Assembly (NCBI GenBank): GCA_964525395.1
Contig: CAZGGU010000003.1
Location: 2,883-66,882, forward strand
Length of the DNA stretch: 64,000 nucleotides
Direction of reading: 5' to 3'
Source of the DNA: an uncultured Gammaproteobacteria bacterium
GTDB taxonomy: Bacteria > Patescibacteriota > Microgenomatia > Levybacterales > UBA12049
A program made the translations under genes and the position numbers. The notes under the pieces are model-generated. The model was not told the origin of the DNA, searched no databases, and saw nothing but the letters and a program-made list of their open reading frames with translations. Shown in pieces: positions 7,719-17,545 of the stretch (position 1 is its first letter; every line of letters starts with the position of its first letter).

Positions 7719-10091
7719 ATGGAACGAGTGGTCCCCATAATCCCGATTAGGGACGGTATAATTTTTCCAAATACAGATTCAGTTTTGACTTTTGGCAGGC
7801 CAAAAAGTTTGGCAGCGCTTGAGATTTCTTTTTCCCAAGAAAGAATAGTTTGTTTCGTGCTGCAAAAGAGCGCTAGAATCAATGATCCGAGCCCAGCGGA
7901 TATATATAAAGTGGGAACTCTTTGCAAGATTGAGCGTATGATTAAGACTGACGGTGAGATTAATGCTCAGGTTCGAGGCTTGTCTAGGGTGGAGATTCAA
8001 TCATTTCATGAGAATGAAAACTTTCTTATTGGTCATGTTCGGGAAATTCCTGAAGATTTATCTGACACCCCTGAGATAAAGGCTCTTTGTAATCATTTGA
8101 CTAATGAATTTAGACGAGCAATGAATCTAGGAAAAACTGCTGACTTTTTAGTATTCATGAACATTATGTCTCCTGACAATCCGCCCTCACAGCTCGCTGA
8201 CTTAATAGCCTCTGTTTTAGATCTTAAACCTCCTCAGAAGCAAATCTTGCTAGAGGTTATGAATGTTCAGGAAAGACTCGAGAAGGTTACTGAGCTTCTT
8301 GCAAAAGAGATAAAAGTGCTTGAGCTAGAAAAGAAAATTACTTCGAAAACTCAAGAAAGATTTGAAAAAGGTGCAAGAGAGGTAATGCTTAGAGAGAGAT
8401 TAAAAACTATTGAGAAAGAATTGGGGGAAAGTGATGAAGACAGTGAGATTAGAGAATTAATGCAGAAAATTAAAGCCGCTGGCATGCCTGAGGATATTGA
8501 GGAGAAGGCTAGAAAAGAAGCAAAGAAGCTTGCGCAAATGACTCAGTTTAATCCTGAAGCAGGTTATATTAGGAATTATTTGGAATGGTTAGTAGATTTG
8601 CCATGGAGCAATGAAACAAATGGAAAACTTGAAGTAAAGGCCGCTGAGAAAATGCTAAATCGTGATCATTATGGCTTGAAAGATGCAAAAGAGCGAATAC
8701 TTGAGTACCTAGCGGTTCAAAAGCTTTCAGGAAAAATGAAAGGACCGATTCTTTGCTTCGTGGGACCTCCAGGTGTAGGTAAGACTTCAATTGGTAAATC
8801 AATTGCTCAGTCTTTGGGTCGAGAGTTTATAAAAGTTTCTCTCGGAGGAATTCGGGACGAAGCTGAAATAAGGGGACACAGAAGAACTTATGTGGGGGCA
8901 ATGCCAGGAAGAATAATTCAAGGAATCAAAGATGCAGGAACCAAAAACCCAGTCTTTATGCTGGATGAGATTGATAAGGTGGGCGCAGATTTCAGAGGCG
9001 ATCCATCATCAGCCCTTCTTGAGGCGCTGGATCCAGAACAAAATTCGGCTTTTTCAGATCATTATCTGGAAGTTCCATTTGATCTTTCTAATGTAATGTT
9101 TATAACAACTGCAAACGTCTTACATACTATTCCACCTGCATTGAGAGATCGTTTAGAAATAATTAACTTCGCAGGATATACTCATTCTGAAAAATTCCAT
9201 ATAGCGAGTGACTATCTTGTTAAAAAGCAGATGGAGCTACATGGACTAACAGAAAAAAATATCGAAATTAACGATAAAGGTTTGAAATTTATCATTGAAC
9301 ATTACACTCAAGAAGCTGGAGTAAGAAATTTAGAAAGACAGTTGGCAAAACTATTCAGAAAAGTAGCTAAGCTAGTCGCAGAGGGCAATAAGAGAAAAAT
9401 TACCATAACTGATGGAAATGTAACTAAATATCTAGGACCTATTAAAGTTCGCGGAAACCTCATTGAGAAGAAAGATGAAGTGGGGATGTCTACAGGACTT
9501 GCTTATACTGAAGCGGGTGGAGATATTCTTTTTATCGAAGTAGCACTCATGCCAGGAAAAGGAAGCTTAATTCTTACAGGCCAGCTGGGAGATGTGATGA
9601 AAGAATCTATGCAAGCTGCTATGTCTTACATCCGGGCTCGTGGAATTGAACTTGGTCTATCATCTAAATTCTTTCATAAGCTGGATGTTCACGTTCACGT
9701 TCCTGAAGGAGCAGTTCCTAAAGATGGTCCTAGTGCAGGAGCTGCTATCACTACAGCAATTATTTCAGCGCTCACAAAGATTCCAGTCAAGCGCACTGTA
9801 GGGATGACAGGAGAAATAACTTTGAGAGGTCGCGTACTAGAGATTGGCGGAGTAAAAGAAAAAGTTATCGCAGCTCATCGTTCAGGACTTAAAACAATAA
9901 TTCTTCCAAAAGATAATAAAAAAGATTTAATTGATGTGCCTAAAGAGGTAATCGATGATCTAGATTTCAGATTCGTATCTCATATCGATGAAGTGCTCGA
10001 TATAGCATTTGTAACTAAGCTACCAAAAAGTAAAATGCAGAAAGAAGAAAAGACAGTTAGACATACAGCAGCTCCATATAAGGCAGACTAA
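7719..10091 (+). CDS. lon: ATP-dependent Lon protease
   Basis: 790 aa. Lon N-domain. Walker A GPPGVGKTS. Catalytic Ser motif PKDGPSAGAA with downstream Lys. Collinear with LonA. Confidence 0.95.
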   Translation: MERVVPIIPIRDGIIFPNTDSVLTFGRPKSLAALEISFSQERIVCFVLQKSARINDPSPADIYKVGTLCKIERMIKTDGEINAQVRGLSRVEIQSFHENENFLIGHVREIPEDLSDTPEIKALCNHLTNEFRRAMNLGKTADFLVFMNIMSPDNPPSQLADLIASVLDLKPPQKQILLEVMNVQERLEKVTELLAKEIKVLELEKKITSKTQERFEKGAREVMLRERLKTIEKELGESDEDSEIRELMQKIKAAGMPEDIEEKARKEAKKLAQMTQFNPEAGYIRNYLEWLVDLPWSNETNGKLEVKAAEKMLNRDHYGLKDAKERILEYLAVQKLSGKMKGPILCFVGPPGVGKTSIGKSIAQSLGREFIKVSLGGIRDEAEIRGHRRTYVGAMPGRIIQGIKDAGTKNPVFMLDEIDKVGADFRGDPSSALLEALDPEQNSAFSDHYLEVPFDLSNVMFITTANVLHTIPPALRDRLEIINFAGYTHSEKFHIASDYLVKKQMELHGLTEKNIEINDKGLKFIIEHYTQEAGVRNLERQLAKLFRKVAKLVAEGNKRKITITDGNVTKYLGPIKVRGNLIEKKDEVGMSTGLAYTEAGGDILFIEVALMPGKGSLILTGQLGDVMKESMQAAMSYIRARGIELGLSSKFFHKLDVHVHVPEGAVPKDGPSAGAAITTAIISALTKIPVKRTVGMTGEITLRGRVLEIGGVKEKVIAAHRSGLKTIILPKDNKKDLIDVPKEVIDDLDFRFVSHIDEVLDIAFVTKLPKSKMQKEEKTVRHTAAPYKAD

Positions 10092-10101
10092 TTTCTTCCT
10101 T

Positions 10102-10128
10102 GTGTTACTTTTTCCGGAAAAGTAACAC
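10102..10128 (+). terminator. perfect palindromic hairpin GTGTTACTTTT-tccgg-AAAAGTAACAC, 10 nt after the lon stop
   Basis: 11-bp stem. AT-rich, with no clean downstream T-tract, so terminator function is uncertain. Confidence 0.35.
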
Positions 10129-10369
10129 AAAAACTCTTGCGATGAAGTCGAACTTGTTTCTATTCACTTGTTCGTCGGGTAATTTCACCCCTTCCTCGTC
10201 AAGTTTGCGAGGAATTCCCCTGATGTCACAAGTTCATAAAAACTTAACGTTCTATGTTCAATCGCAAAGGGGACGAAAATAGAAGAAAAACGTCTTTTGT
10301 TCTAGGATGTAAAGGGGAACTTTGGATACTGTATTGACAAAGGAGGGGAATTGTGGGAAAAATTAGTTA

Positions 10370-10516
10370 ATGCCTAAAAAGAAATCCAGATCCACAAGAA
10401 AAAGTAACGGCCTTCACAATGTAAAAAAGGGTTATGCGGGCTTCACTCCATTTCAACTCATTGTCGTCTTCTCAGTTTTTATAGTCTTCGCCGTCTTCGT
10501 AATGATGTATTACTAA
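10370..10516 (+). CDS. possible small tail-anchored membrane protein (48 aa), not in the ORF track
   Basis: MPKKKSRSTRKSNGLHNVKKGYAGFTPFQLIVVFSVFIVFAVFVMMYY: basic N-terminus plus a single C-terminal TM. AAGGAGG lies 22 nt upstream, which is too far. Confidence 0.3.
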   Translation: MPKKKSRSTRKSNGLHNVKKGYAGFTPFQLIVVFSVFIVFAVFVMMYY

Positions 10517-10573
10517 TTTGTACGCTGCAAATTATTTGTTTTGGTTTCAATTTTAAGGTAAAATAGAGGCTAA

Positions 10574-10647
10574 GCCCCGTTCGTCTAGTGGCCTAGGACG
10601 TCGGATTCTCATTCCGAAAATCACCGGTTCAACTCCGGTACGGGGTA
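10574..10647 (+). tRNA. tRNA-Glu (anticodon CUC)
   Basis: Cloverleaf read by eye. Acceptor GCCCCGT/ACGGGGT (G1-U72). D-arm TCGTCTAGTGGCCTAGGACG. Anticodon stem TCGGA/TCCGA with loop TTCTCAT. T-arm CCGG-TTCAACT-CCGG. Discriminator A; CCA not encoded. Resembles bacterial tRNA-Glu. Confidence 0.8.
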
Positions 10648-10678
10648 CATATTCAATTTGTTTGCTTTACTTCTTTTT

Positions 10679-10686
10679 TGTATAAT
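10679..10686 (+). promoter_or_regulatory. extended -10 TGTATAAT, 6 nt upstream of GTG 10693
   Basis: Perfect TATAAT right after the tRNA. Supports GTG 10693 rather than TTG 10678 as the start. Confidence 0.45.
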
Positions 10687-10692
10687 CCTAAT

Positions 10693-11454
10693 GTGGCTAA
10701 TAAAGTTTTTCTTTCTGTGGTTATTCCTTCATACAACGAGAAGGTCAATTTACGTAAAGGCGTCTTAGATAAGATTGATCACTACCTCTCCAAACAGAAG
10801 TTTTCCTACGAAGTAATCATTGTAGATGATGGTTCAGATGATGGTTCTGCTGAGTTTGCTGAGAAATATGCGAAAGAAAATAAGCATTTCGAGCTCATAA
10901 AAAGTCCTCATATGGGAAAAGCTGGAGCAGTCACACAGGGAATGCTTAGAGCTGAGGGGGAGTATAGATTGTTTACTGATATGGATCAGGCTACTCCGAT
11001 TGAAGAAGTAGAGCAGCTCTTGCCATTTTTCGAAGAAGATTTTGATATCGTAATTGGTTCTCGAAAAACCAGTAGAAAAGGTTCTCCGTTGTCTCGAAGA
11101 GTTATGTCTAGAAGTATGATTGTTCTTCGTAAAGCATTGGTGGGCATGAATAATATCGAAGATACCCAGTGTGGATTTAAAATGTTTAAAGCCAGTGCAT
11201 CTGACAGAATCTTTAAAAGAATTAATGAGCTGCATCAAGGGTTCACGAAAATTTCCGGATCTAATGTGACTGCTGGATTCGATGTCGAGCTTCTAATCTT
11301 GGCTACTAAAATGGGATACAGAATTATTGAAGTTCCAGTGGAGTGGTATTATGTAGAAACCAGAAGAGTAAGTCCGATTTCAGATTCCATAAATGGTTTA
11401 AAAGATTTAGTTTCTATCAGCATGAGTAAGCATGCAGGTAAGTACAATTCATGA
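10693..11454 (+). CDS. GT2 polyprenyl-phosphate sugar synthase-like glycosyltransferase (Dpm1/CsbB/GtrB-like)
   Basis: LSVVIPSYNE...YEVIIVDDGSDDGS...TDMDQATP...IVIGSR. The track ORF starts at TTG 10678. GTG 10693 is preferred because of the -10 position. Confidence 0.8.
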   Translation: MANKVFLSVVIPSYNEKVNLRKGVLDKIDHYLSKQKFSYEVIIVDDGSDDGSAEFAEKYAKENKHFELIKSPHMGKAGAVTQGMLRAEGEYRLFTDMDQATPIEEVEQLLPFFEEDFDIVIGSRKTSRKGSPLSRRVMSRSMIVLRKALVGMNNIEDTQCGFKMFKASASDRIFKRINELHQGFTKISGSNVTAGFDVELLILATKMGYRIIEVPVEWYYVETRRVSPISDSINGLKDLVSISMSKHAGKYNS

Positions 11455-12629
11455 TTAAGAGAAATTTAGCCTACACGTATTTTATTGCAGTTATTGCACT
11501 TTTCTTCTATTCTTTTACTCAAGTTGACCTAAGCTTAACTTTATCTAGTTCTGGTATTGCTCAAACAATTCAAAAAAGTTTTCAGCAGATCGGCTATTTT
11601 AATCGGCCACTTTCCACAGAAATATATATTATTATCTTAATTGCTCTTTTTGGGTTTTATATTTATTTTTTATATTTAGCTTATAAAAATAAGATTGATA
11701 AGAAAAAAATTTGGATACTTATTATTGGCACAGCCATAATTCTGGCACCTTCGTATACAGCATTTTCCTACGACATTTTTAACTATATATTTGATGCAAA
11801 AATAATTACCCATTATCACCAAAATCCTTATTTTCATAAAGCGCTAGACTATCCGGGAGATCCAATGCTTTCCTTTATGCACTGGACTCACAGGCTCTAT
11901 CCATATGGCCCCGCTTGGTTAGTAGTGACTGTTCCATTTTCATTTATAGGAATGAATATTTTCGTAGTAACTTATTTCTTGTTTAAGTTATTGATAGTCG
12001 CTTTTTATCTAGGGTGCGTTTATTTAATCGGTAAAATATCTCAAAAAATCGATCCTAAATCAGAAAAGTTTAATTTAATTTTATTTGCATTAAATCCTTT
12101 GGTAATAATTGAAGCATTAGTGACTTCTCATAATGATGTGGCGATGATTTTTTTAGCGCTTTTTGGAGTTTTTTTGTTCTTTTTAAGAAAAAGAATTTGG
12201 GCAATAATACTAATAATTATTTCTGCAATGATAAAGATACCGACTTTAGTTCTTCTTGCGCCCATTGTAATATCGTTTGCGCCAAATATTAAAGAAAGAC
12301 TTGATGACCAGAAATATATGTGGTTATTTTTGTTGTTCTCAGTTGGGGGGCTTATTTATTCTATGACCAAGCTTGAAATTCAACCGTGGTATTTCTTATG
12401 GGTGTTGCCATTCGCATGCTTACTTAAGCCAAACAGATATATAATTGCCTTAATAATTGGAATCACCTTCGGACTACTTATCCGTTATGCTGAATTTCTT
12501 TTTTATGGAAATTGGGACGATGTGATCTTGCGAAACAGTATGACGATTGCTGCGATACTTTTTCCAATCTCTTTAGTTTGTATTTATGATTTTCTTCCAA
12601 AAAATTTAAAAGTTGGAAGCAAAAAGTAA
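11451..12629 (+). CDS. polytopic membrane protein (about 10 TM), likely GT-C-like glycosyltransferase or accessory protein
   Basis: 392 aa and highly hydrophobic. Start overlaps the preceding stop. Confidence 0.55.
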   Translation: MIKRNLAYTYFIAVIALFFYSFTQVDLSLTLSSSGIAQTIQKSFQQIGYFNRPLSTEIYIIILIALFGFYIYFLYLAYKNKIDKKKIWILIIGTAIILAPSYTAFSYDIFNYIFDAKIITHYHQNPYFHKALDYPGDPMLSFMHWTHRLYPYGPAWLVVTVPFSFIGMNIFVVTYFLFKLLIVAFYLGCVYLIGKISQKIDPKSEKFNLILFALNPLVIIEALVTSHNDVAMIFLALFGVFLFFLRKRIWAIILIIISAMIKIPTLVLLAPIVISFAPNIKERLDDQKYMWLFLLFSVGGLIYSMTKLEIQPWYFLWVLPFACLLKPNRYIIALIIGITFGLLIRYAEFLFYGNWDDVILRNSMTIAAILFPISLVCIYDFLPKNLKVGSKK

Positions 12630-12632
12630 ACT

Positions 12633-14189
12633 ATGTATAATCAAATGATGGAAATGATACTGAAATATAAAAAAGAAATTTTAGCAGCTGTTGGGCTTAT
12701 TATTTTATATTTTGTAACACGCCTTGTTTTGCTCGGAAATTTCCCAATCTTCACAGATGAGGCAATTTATATTCGTTGGACACAAATTGCTGCCAATGAC
12801 GCAACCTGGAGGTATATTTCTTTGACGGACGGAAAGCAGCCTATGTTTGTTTGGTTGGGAATGCCACTGCTTAAGTTTATTTCTGATCCACTGGTTGCGG
12901 GTAGATTAGTTTCGGTGGCAGCAGGTTTTTTTACGTTAATTGGATTATTTCTTCTTACTTATGAACTGTTTAAAAATAGATTTACAGCGTTTCTCGTCTC
13001 CCTTTTATATTTAGTTTTCCCCTTCGCAGTAGTTTATGACAGAATGGCTCTGTATGATAGTTTGGTGGCAGCATTTGCTGTATGGGCGATTTATTTTTCA
13101 GTACTTTTAGTCAGAAAAGTAAGATTAGACATTGCTCTAATTTTGGGATTTATTATTGGCGGGGGGATGCTGACGAAATCTAATGCTAATTTTAGTATTC
13201 TAATGCTGCCATTTACATTACTTCTTTTTAATTTTAAAGAAAAAAAATGGAAAGCTCATCTAATTAGATGGGGAATTTTTGTTTTACTTGCTGTAGTAAT
13301 GGCAGAAGTCATTTATAACTTTTTAAGACTATCTCCTTTTTTCCACATTATTAAAGAAAAGAATCAGACCTTTATTTATTATCCATTAAGTATTCCAATT
13401 TCTCAAAATATTGAACTTTTCTTTGGAAATCTCAAGGGATTATTAAATTGGCTGCTAACTTATTTAACTCCTGCATATATTGTTTTAATTATTATTTCTA
13501 TTTTTACTTTTAAATTTTGGAGAGAAAGAATATTATTATTTTTATATTTCCTTGCCCCTTTTATGGCACTTGCACTTTTTGGTAAGGTAATCTTCCCAAG
13601 ATTTATTTTCTTCATGAGCATTTATCTTCTGCCGCTTGCTGCTTTTGGTTTAACAATAGCAATTGATTGGGTAAATAAATTTATGAAAGAGAGAAAAATG
13701 AATATGCCCTATGTAATTTCAGCACTGCTTATAATTGTTGTAATTATTTATCCTATTAAAATTTCACTGGATTTTATTTTCAGTCCTGCAAATGCAAAGA
13801 TTGCAGATGCTGATGTGAGGCAGTTGATTTCAGAATGGCCAGCAGGGGGAGGAGTGAAAGAAAGTGTGGAGTTTTTCGAAAATGAGTCTAAAAAAGGAAA
13901 AATCTTAGTAGCAACTGAGGGAACATTTGGTCTTATGCCAGGAGCACTAGATATCTATTTAGGAGATAATCCAAATATCAAGACTGTAGGAATTTGGCCA
14001 ATCGAGCAGTTCCCTGAGGAGCTAAGTGAATCCGCTAAGACGATGCCTGTGTACTACGTGTTCTATCAACCGTGTCCTTCATGTGAATTCTCAGGAGATG
14101 CTCCTAATGAATATCCTTTAGAGTTGGTAAAGCAATATAAGAAAGCAGATAATGTTTATTACTCAATCTATAAAGTGAAAAATCAATAA
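12633..14189 (+). CDS. GT-C family membrane glycosyltransferase (ArnT/PMT-like, GT39/GT83)
   Basis: N-terminal loop FTDEAIYIRWTQ...DGKQPMFVW resembles the ArnT/PMT DE...Y...KPP motif. About 11 TM plus a C-terminal soluble domain. TATAAT at 12636 suggests an internal start around ATG 12645/12648. Confidence 0.65.
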   Translation: MYNQMMEMILKYKKEILAAVGLIILYFVTRLVLLGNFPIFTDEAIYIRWTQIAANDATWRYISLTDGKQPMFVWLGMPLLKFISDPLVAGRLVSVAAGFFTLIGLFLLTYELFKNRFTAFLVSLLYLVFPFAVVYDRMALYDSLVAAFAVWAIYFSVLLVRKVRLDIALILGFIIGGGMLTKSNANFSILMLPFTLLLFNFKEKKWKAHLIRWGIFVLLAVVMAEVIYNFLRLSPFFHIIKEKNQTFIYYPLSIPISQNIELFFGNLKGLLNWLLTYLTPAYIVLIIISIFTFKFWRERILLFLYFLAPFMALALFGKVIFPRFIFFMSIYLLPLAAFGLTIAIDWVNKFMKERKMNMPYVISALLIIVVIIYPIKISLDFIFSPANAKIADADVRQLISEWPAGGGVKESVEFFENESKKGKILVATEGTFGLMPGALDIYLGDNPNIKTVGIWPIEQFPEELSESAKTMPVYYVFYQPCPSCEFSGDAPNEYPLELVKQYKKADNVYYSIYKVKNQ

Positions 14190-15851
14190 ATGAGAAAAGT
14201 ATTTATTTTTTATTTTTTTGTATTAGTTTTCTCACTGTTAATTTCTCTCCCTCTCTTAATTCCATATTTTCATCCCGGATATTTCCCTACTCATGATGGC
14301 GAATGGGCAGTAGTGCGTTTGGCGGATATGTTTCGTGAGGTAAAAGACTTGCAGTTTCCTCCACGATTTAGTGCAAATTTGAATTTCGGCTATGGCTATC
14401 CTCTCTTTAATTTCGCATATCCTCTTCCATATTATATGGGAGTATTCATTCATTCAGTCGGGTTTAACTTCGTCGACACCATAAAAATAATCTTTGCTGC
14501 CTCAATTCCTTTGTCTGCATTCTTTATGTTTCTGGCTTCACGTTCTATTTGGAAAAATGATTATGCTGGAATAATTAGTGCAGTTTTATATTTATATTTT
14601 CCATACCGATTAGTAGATCTTTATGTGCGAGGATCCATTGGGGAGTCAGTGACTTTTGTATTGTTCCCAATTATTTTATTCGCGCTAAGTAAATTAAATG
14701 AGAAGCCAAAAGCATGGGGTTATGTGTTGCTTGGAGGTGTTTCTTTTGGTTTATTAATTTTGGCTCACAATATTATGTCAGTGTTGTTTAGTATTTCAGT
14801 TCTTATTTTCTTTTTGGCATCTCTTATTTCAGGAAGTAAAAAGATTTTTTGGTCATATGTTTTTACTGGTGGTTTAGGTTTCATTCTTTCTGCATTTTTC
14901 TGGATACCAGCGCTTCTTGAGAAAAATAATATTTTGCTTTCTGTTGTTCCTATTTCTGATCGAAATTTATATTTCGTAAACATAAAACAATTGCTTTTTT
15001 CTCCATGGGGCTATGGGGTGCCTACAGATATACAAAACGGATTTACTTATCAAGTGGGCTGGCCATTCTTATTAGTTTTATTATTAGCTTTACTAATTAT
15101 TGCTTATAAAGCATTCCAAAAAATAAAAATTGATGAGATGGATAAATTTTCCTTGGTAATCCTTATAGGAATATTAGTCTTTTCAATCCTAATGTTCTCT
15201 TTCACGAAACCTATTTGGAAACTTCCTATGCTTTCTGAGATTAATTATCCTTGGACAATTCTTTCTCAAATTGGTTTATTAACTTCAATGCTCGCGGGAT
15301 ATTTAGTGCTGGGTAAGATTTCAAGATATGTAGCATTTGGGATCGCGCTTTTAGCTCTTCTTTTGTATTTACCACTTGCTAAGCCATCAGTTTATTTTGA
15401 TAAAGGTGACGGTTTTTATTTTACAAATCAAGGGACCACCACGTCATCAAGTGAGTTAATGCCGCTCTGGGTAAAATCTCATCCAGTTTCAAGCCCAGTA
15501 GAGAAGATTGAAATATTAAAAGAGAAAGGGAAAATCGAAAATTTAATGGTTAAGTCGAACAAGATTATATTTAATGCAAATCTTGAAAATCCAGCGACTG
15601 TACGAATAAATACTATTTATTATCCAGGGTGGAAAATTACAAATAATGGAAAACCTGTAGAAATTAATTATCAAAATCAGCACGGCGTGATGGAGGTTGA
15701 TCTTCCTCAGGGAGCAAATATTGTTGAAGCAAAGTTCGGGGAAACAAATTTACGTTTGCTTGCTGACTTAATGAGCTTAGTGGGTATTGGTGTTGTTATC
15801 GTTGTTGCAATATATTTAATTGTCCCTAAAATTAAAAAATGGAAAAAGTAA
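14190..15851 (+). CDS. YfhO-like polytopic membrane protein (GT-C fold)
   Basis: HDGEWAVVRLADMFRE...FPPRFSANLNFGYGYPLFNFAYP resembles the YfhO N-terminal loop motif (remembered, not searched). Paralogue of the next gene. Confidence 0.6.
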   Translation: MRKVFIFYFFVLVFSLLISLPLLIPYFHPGYFPTHDGEWAVVRLADMFREVKDLQFPPRFSANLNFGYGYPLFNFAYPLPYYMGVFIHSVGFNFVDTIKIIFAASIPLSAFFMFLASRSIWKNDYAGIISAVLYLYFPYRLVDLYVRGSIGESVTFVLFPIILFALSKLNEKPKAWGYVLLGGVSFGLLILAHNIMSVLFSISVLIFFLASLISGSKKIFWSYVFTGGLGFILSAFFWIPALLEKNNILLSVVPISDRNLYFVNIKQLLFSPWGYGVPTDIQNGFTYQVGWPFLLVLLLALLIIAYKAFQKIKIDEMDKFSLVILIGILVFSILMFSFTKPIWKLPMLSEINYPWTILSQIGLLTSMLAGYLVLGKISRYVAFGIALLALLLYLPLAKPSVYFDKGDGFYFTNQGTTTSSSELMPLWVKSHPVSSPVEKIEILKEKGKIENLMVKSNKIIFNANLENPATVRINTIYYPGWKITNNGKPVEINYQNQHGVMEVDLPQGANIVEAKFGETNLRLLADLMSLVGIGVVIVVAIYLIVPKIKKWKK

Positions 15852-17545
15852 AAAAACACATATTTTTTATTCTAGTAATCCTGCTTAGTTTTTTTGCTAT
15901 TGCTGCGCTTTTGCAGCCAGGTTTTTTTCCAATTCACGACGATGAGCAAGTCGGGAGACTTTATGAGTTAAATTATTCGCTTGAATCATTACACATTCCT
16001 CCAAGAATTTCTCAGAATTTAGGCTTCGGATATGGATATCCATTTTTTAATTTTTATCCCTCTTTTGTTTATTATGTAGGTGAGATATTTGTTCTACTTG
16101 GTTTTTCCTACATTGTCTCGATAAAAATAATGGTTGGCTTAGGTTTTGTTTTATCCGCATTGTTCATGTACTTATTCTCACGTCGGCATATAGGTGAGTT
16201 AGGAGGGCTGGTGGCATCTGTTTTGTATTTATATGCACCTTACCACAGCTTAGACGCTTATGTAAGGGGAGCATTTCCTGAATTTTGGTCCTTTGTTTTT
16301 ATTCCTGCTGTATTTTGGGCAATTGATAGGACTTATAAAAACAGTTCAGTAGGAAACATAGTTTTATTGGGATTCTTGGGAGCATTCCTAATGCTTACTC
16401 ATAATCTGATTACTCTAATGTCGATTCCTTTTTTCTTTTTATATTATTTATTCATTCTTTATAAAAATAAAGAAAAAAAGAATATCACTGTCTCACTTAT
16501 TTCGGGAGGGATTATCGCACTATTATTATCTGCGTATTTTTGGATTCCGGCAATTCTAGAAAATAAATATACAATGGTGAGTTTACTTACTAATCAATTA
16601 GCTAGTTATGGATTGCATTTCGTATCACTTCCACAGTTTATTAATTCTCCTTGGGGGTATGGTGGTTCCATTTTGGGGCCAATGGACGGATTTTCATTAG
16701 AGATAGGAAAGATTCAGTTAATTTTAGCTGGAGCCGTCGGAATATTTATTTTAATTAGTATTGCTCGAAAAAAATACAAAATCGATATTGCTTTACTTTT
16801 TCTTATTATGTTTGCTCTGTCTGTATTTTTGCAGTCATATTATTCAAAATTTATTTGGGATCATATATTTGCTCTTTCATATATTCAGTTTCCATGGAGA
16901 TTCATGCTTTTTTCTGTATTTACCTCAGCTTTTCTCGGAGGATATTTATTCTCTTTGAAATTTGACTCTCGACTTAAATATATCTTCGCAACAGGACTTA
17001 TTATTGGAACAATAATTTTTTATGGAAGTTTGTTTCAGCCATCTAAATACCTGACTTCAGTCACCGACAAAGATTATATTGATCAATCAGTAATACGATG
17101 GAAAACAAGCGCAATGGCTTTTGAGTACGTTCCTGCGGGAATTGCTACCAAGAATTCGAGCTTGAATACGACAATTGTGGATATTGATCAGTCAGGAGTT
17201 GCAAAAGAAACTGCAACAGCGCTTGATGAGAATACTCTTGTAAATACATTGGTAGATAAGCCACAGTATAAAAAGATTGAGATTAATTCGGAAAAGGGTG
17301 GAAAAGTAAGAATAAATACATTTTCATTCCCAGGATGGAAGGTATTTATTAATGACCGTGAGACAGTATATAATGATGAAAATAAATTGAAATTGATCGA
17401 TATTACTGTCCCGGAAGGGAAATCGATAGTCGAAGTAAAGTTGACTGACACAAGTATTCGCCTAGTTGCTAACTTGTTAACTTTAATTGGATTGATTCTT
17501 GTAATTATTTCAGTTCCATTTTATTCTAGGAAAGTGAATTTATGA
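15839..17545 (+). CDS. YfhO-like polytopic membrane protein, paralogue of 14190-15851
   Basis: HDDEQVGRLYELNYSLESLHIPPRISQNLGFGYGYPFFNFYP. Similar C-terminal YYPGWK...VEVK region. Confidence 0.6.
   Translation: MEKVKKHIFFILVILLSFFAIAALLQPGFFPIHDDEQVGRLYELNYSLESLHIPPRISQNLGFGYGYPFFNFYPSFVYYVGEIFVLLGFSYIVSIKIMVGLGFVLSALFMYLFSRRHIGELGGLVASVLYLYAPYHSLDAYVRGAFPEFWSFVFIPAVFWAIDRTYKNSSVGNIVLLGFLGAFLMLTHNLITLMSIPFFFLYYLFILYKNKEKKNITVSLISGGIIALLLSAYFWIPAILENKYTMVSLLTNQLASYGLHFVSLPQFINSPWGYGGSILGPMDGFSLEIGKIQLILAGAVGIFILISIARKKYKIDIALLFLIMFALSVFLQSYYSKFIWDHIFALSYIQFPWRFMLFSVFTSAFLGGYLFSLKFDSRLKYIFATGLIIGTIIFYGSLFQPSKYLTSVTDKDYIDQSVIRWKTSAMAFEYVPAGIATKNSSLNTTIVDIDQSGVAKETATALDENTLVNTLVDKPQYKKIEINSEKGGKVRINTFSFPGWKVFINDRETVYNDENKLKLIDITVPEGKSIVEVKLTDTSIRLVANLLTLIGLILVIISVPFYSRKVNL

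Noticed and set aside
10100-10282. 60-aa ORF in the lon-tRNA spacer
   Set aside because: Cys/Ser/Phe-rich low-complexity translation. It overlaps the post-lon palindrome and has no start context. Likely spurious.
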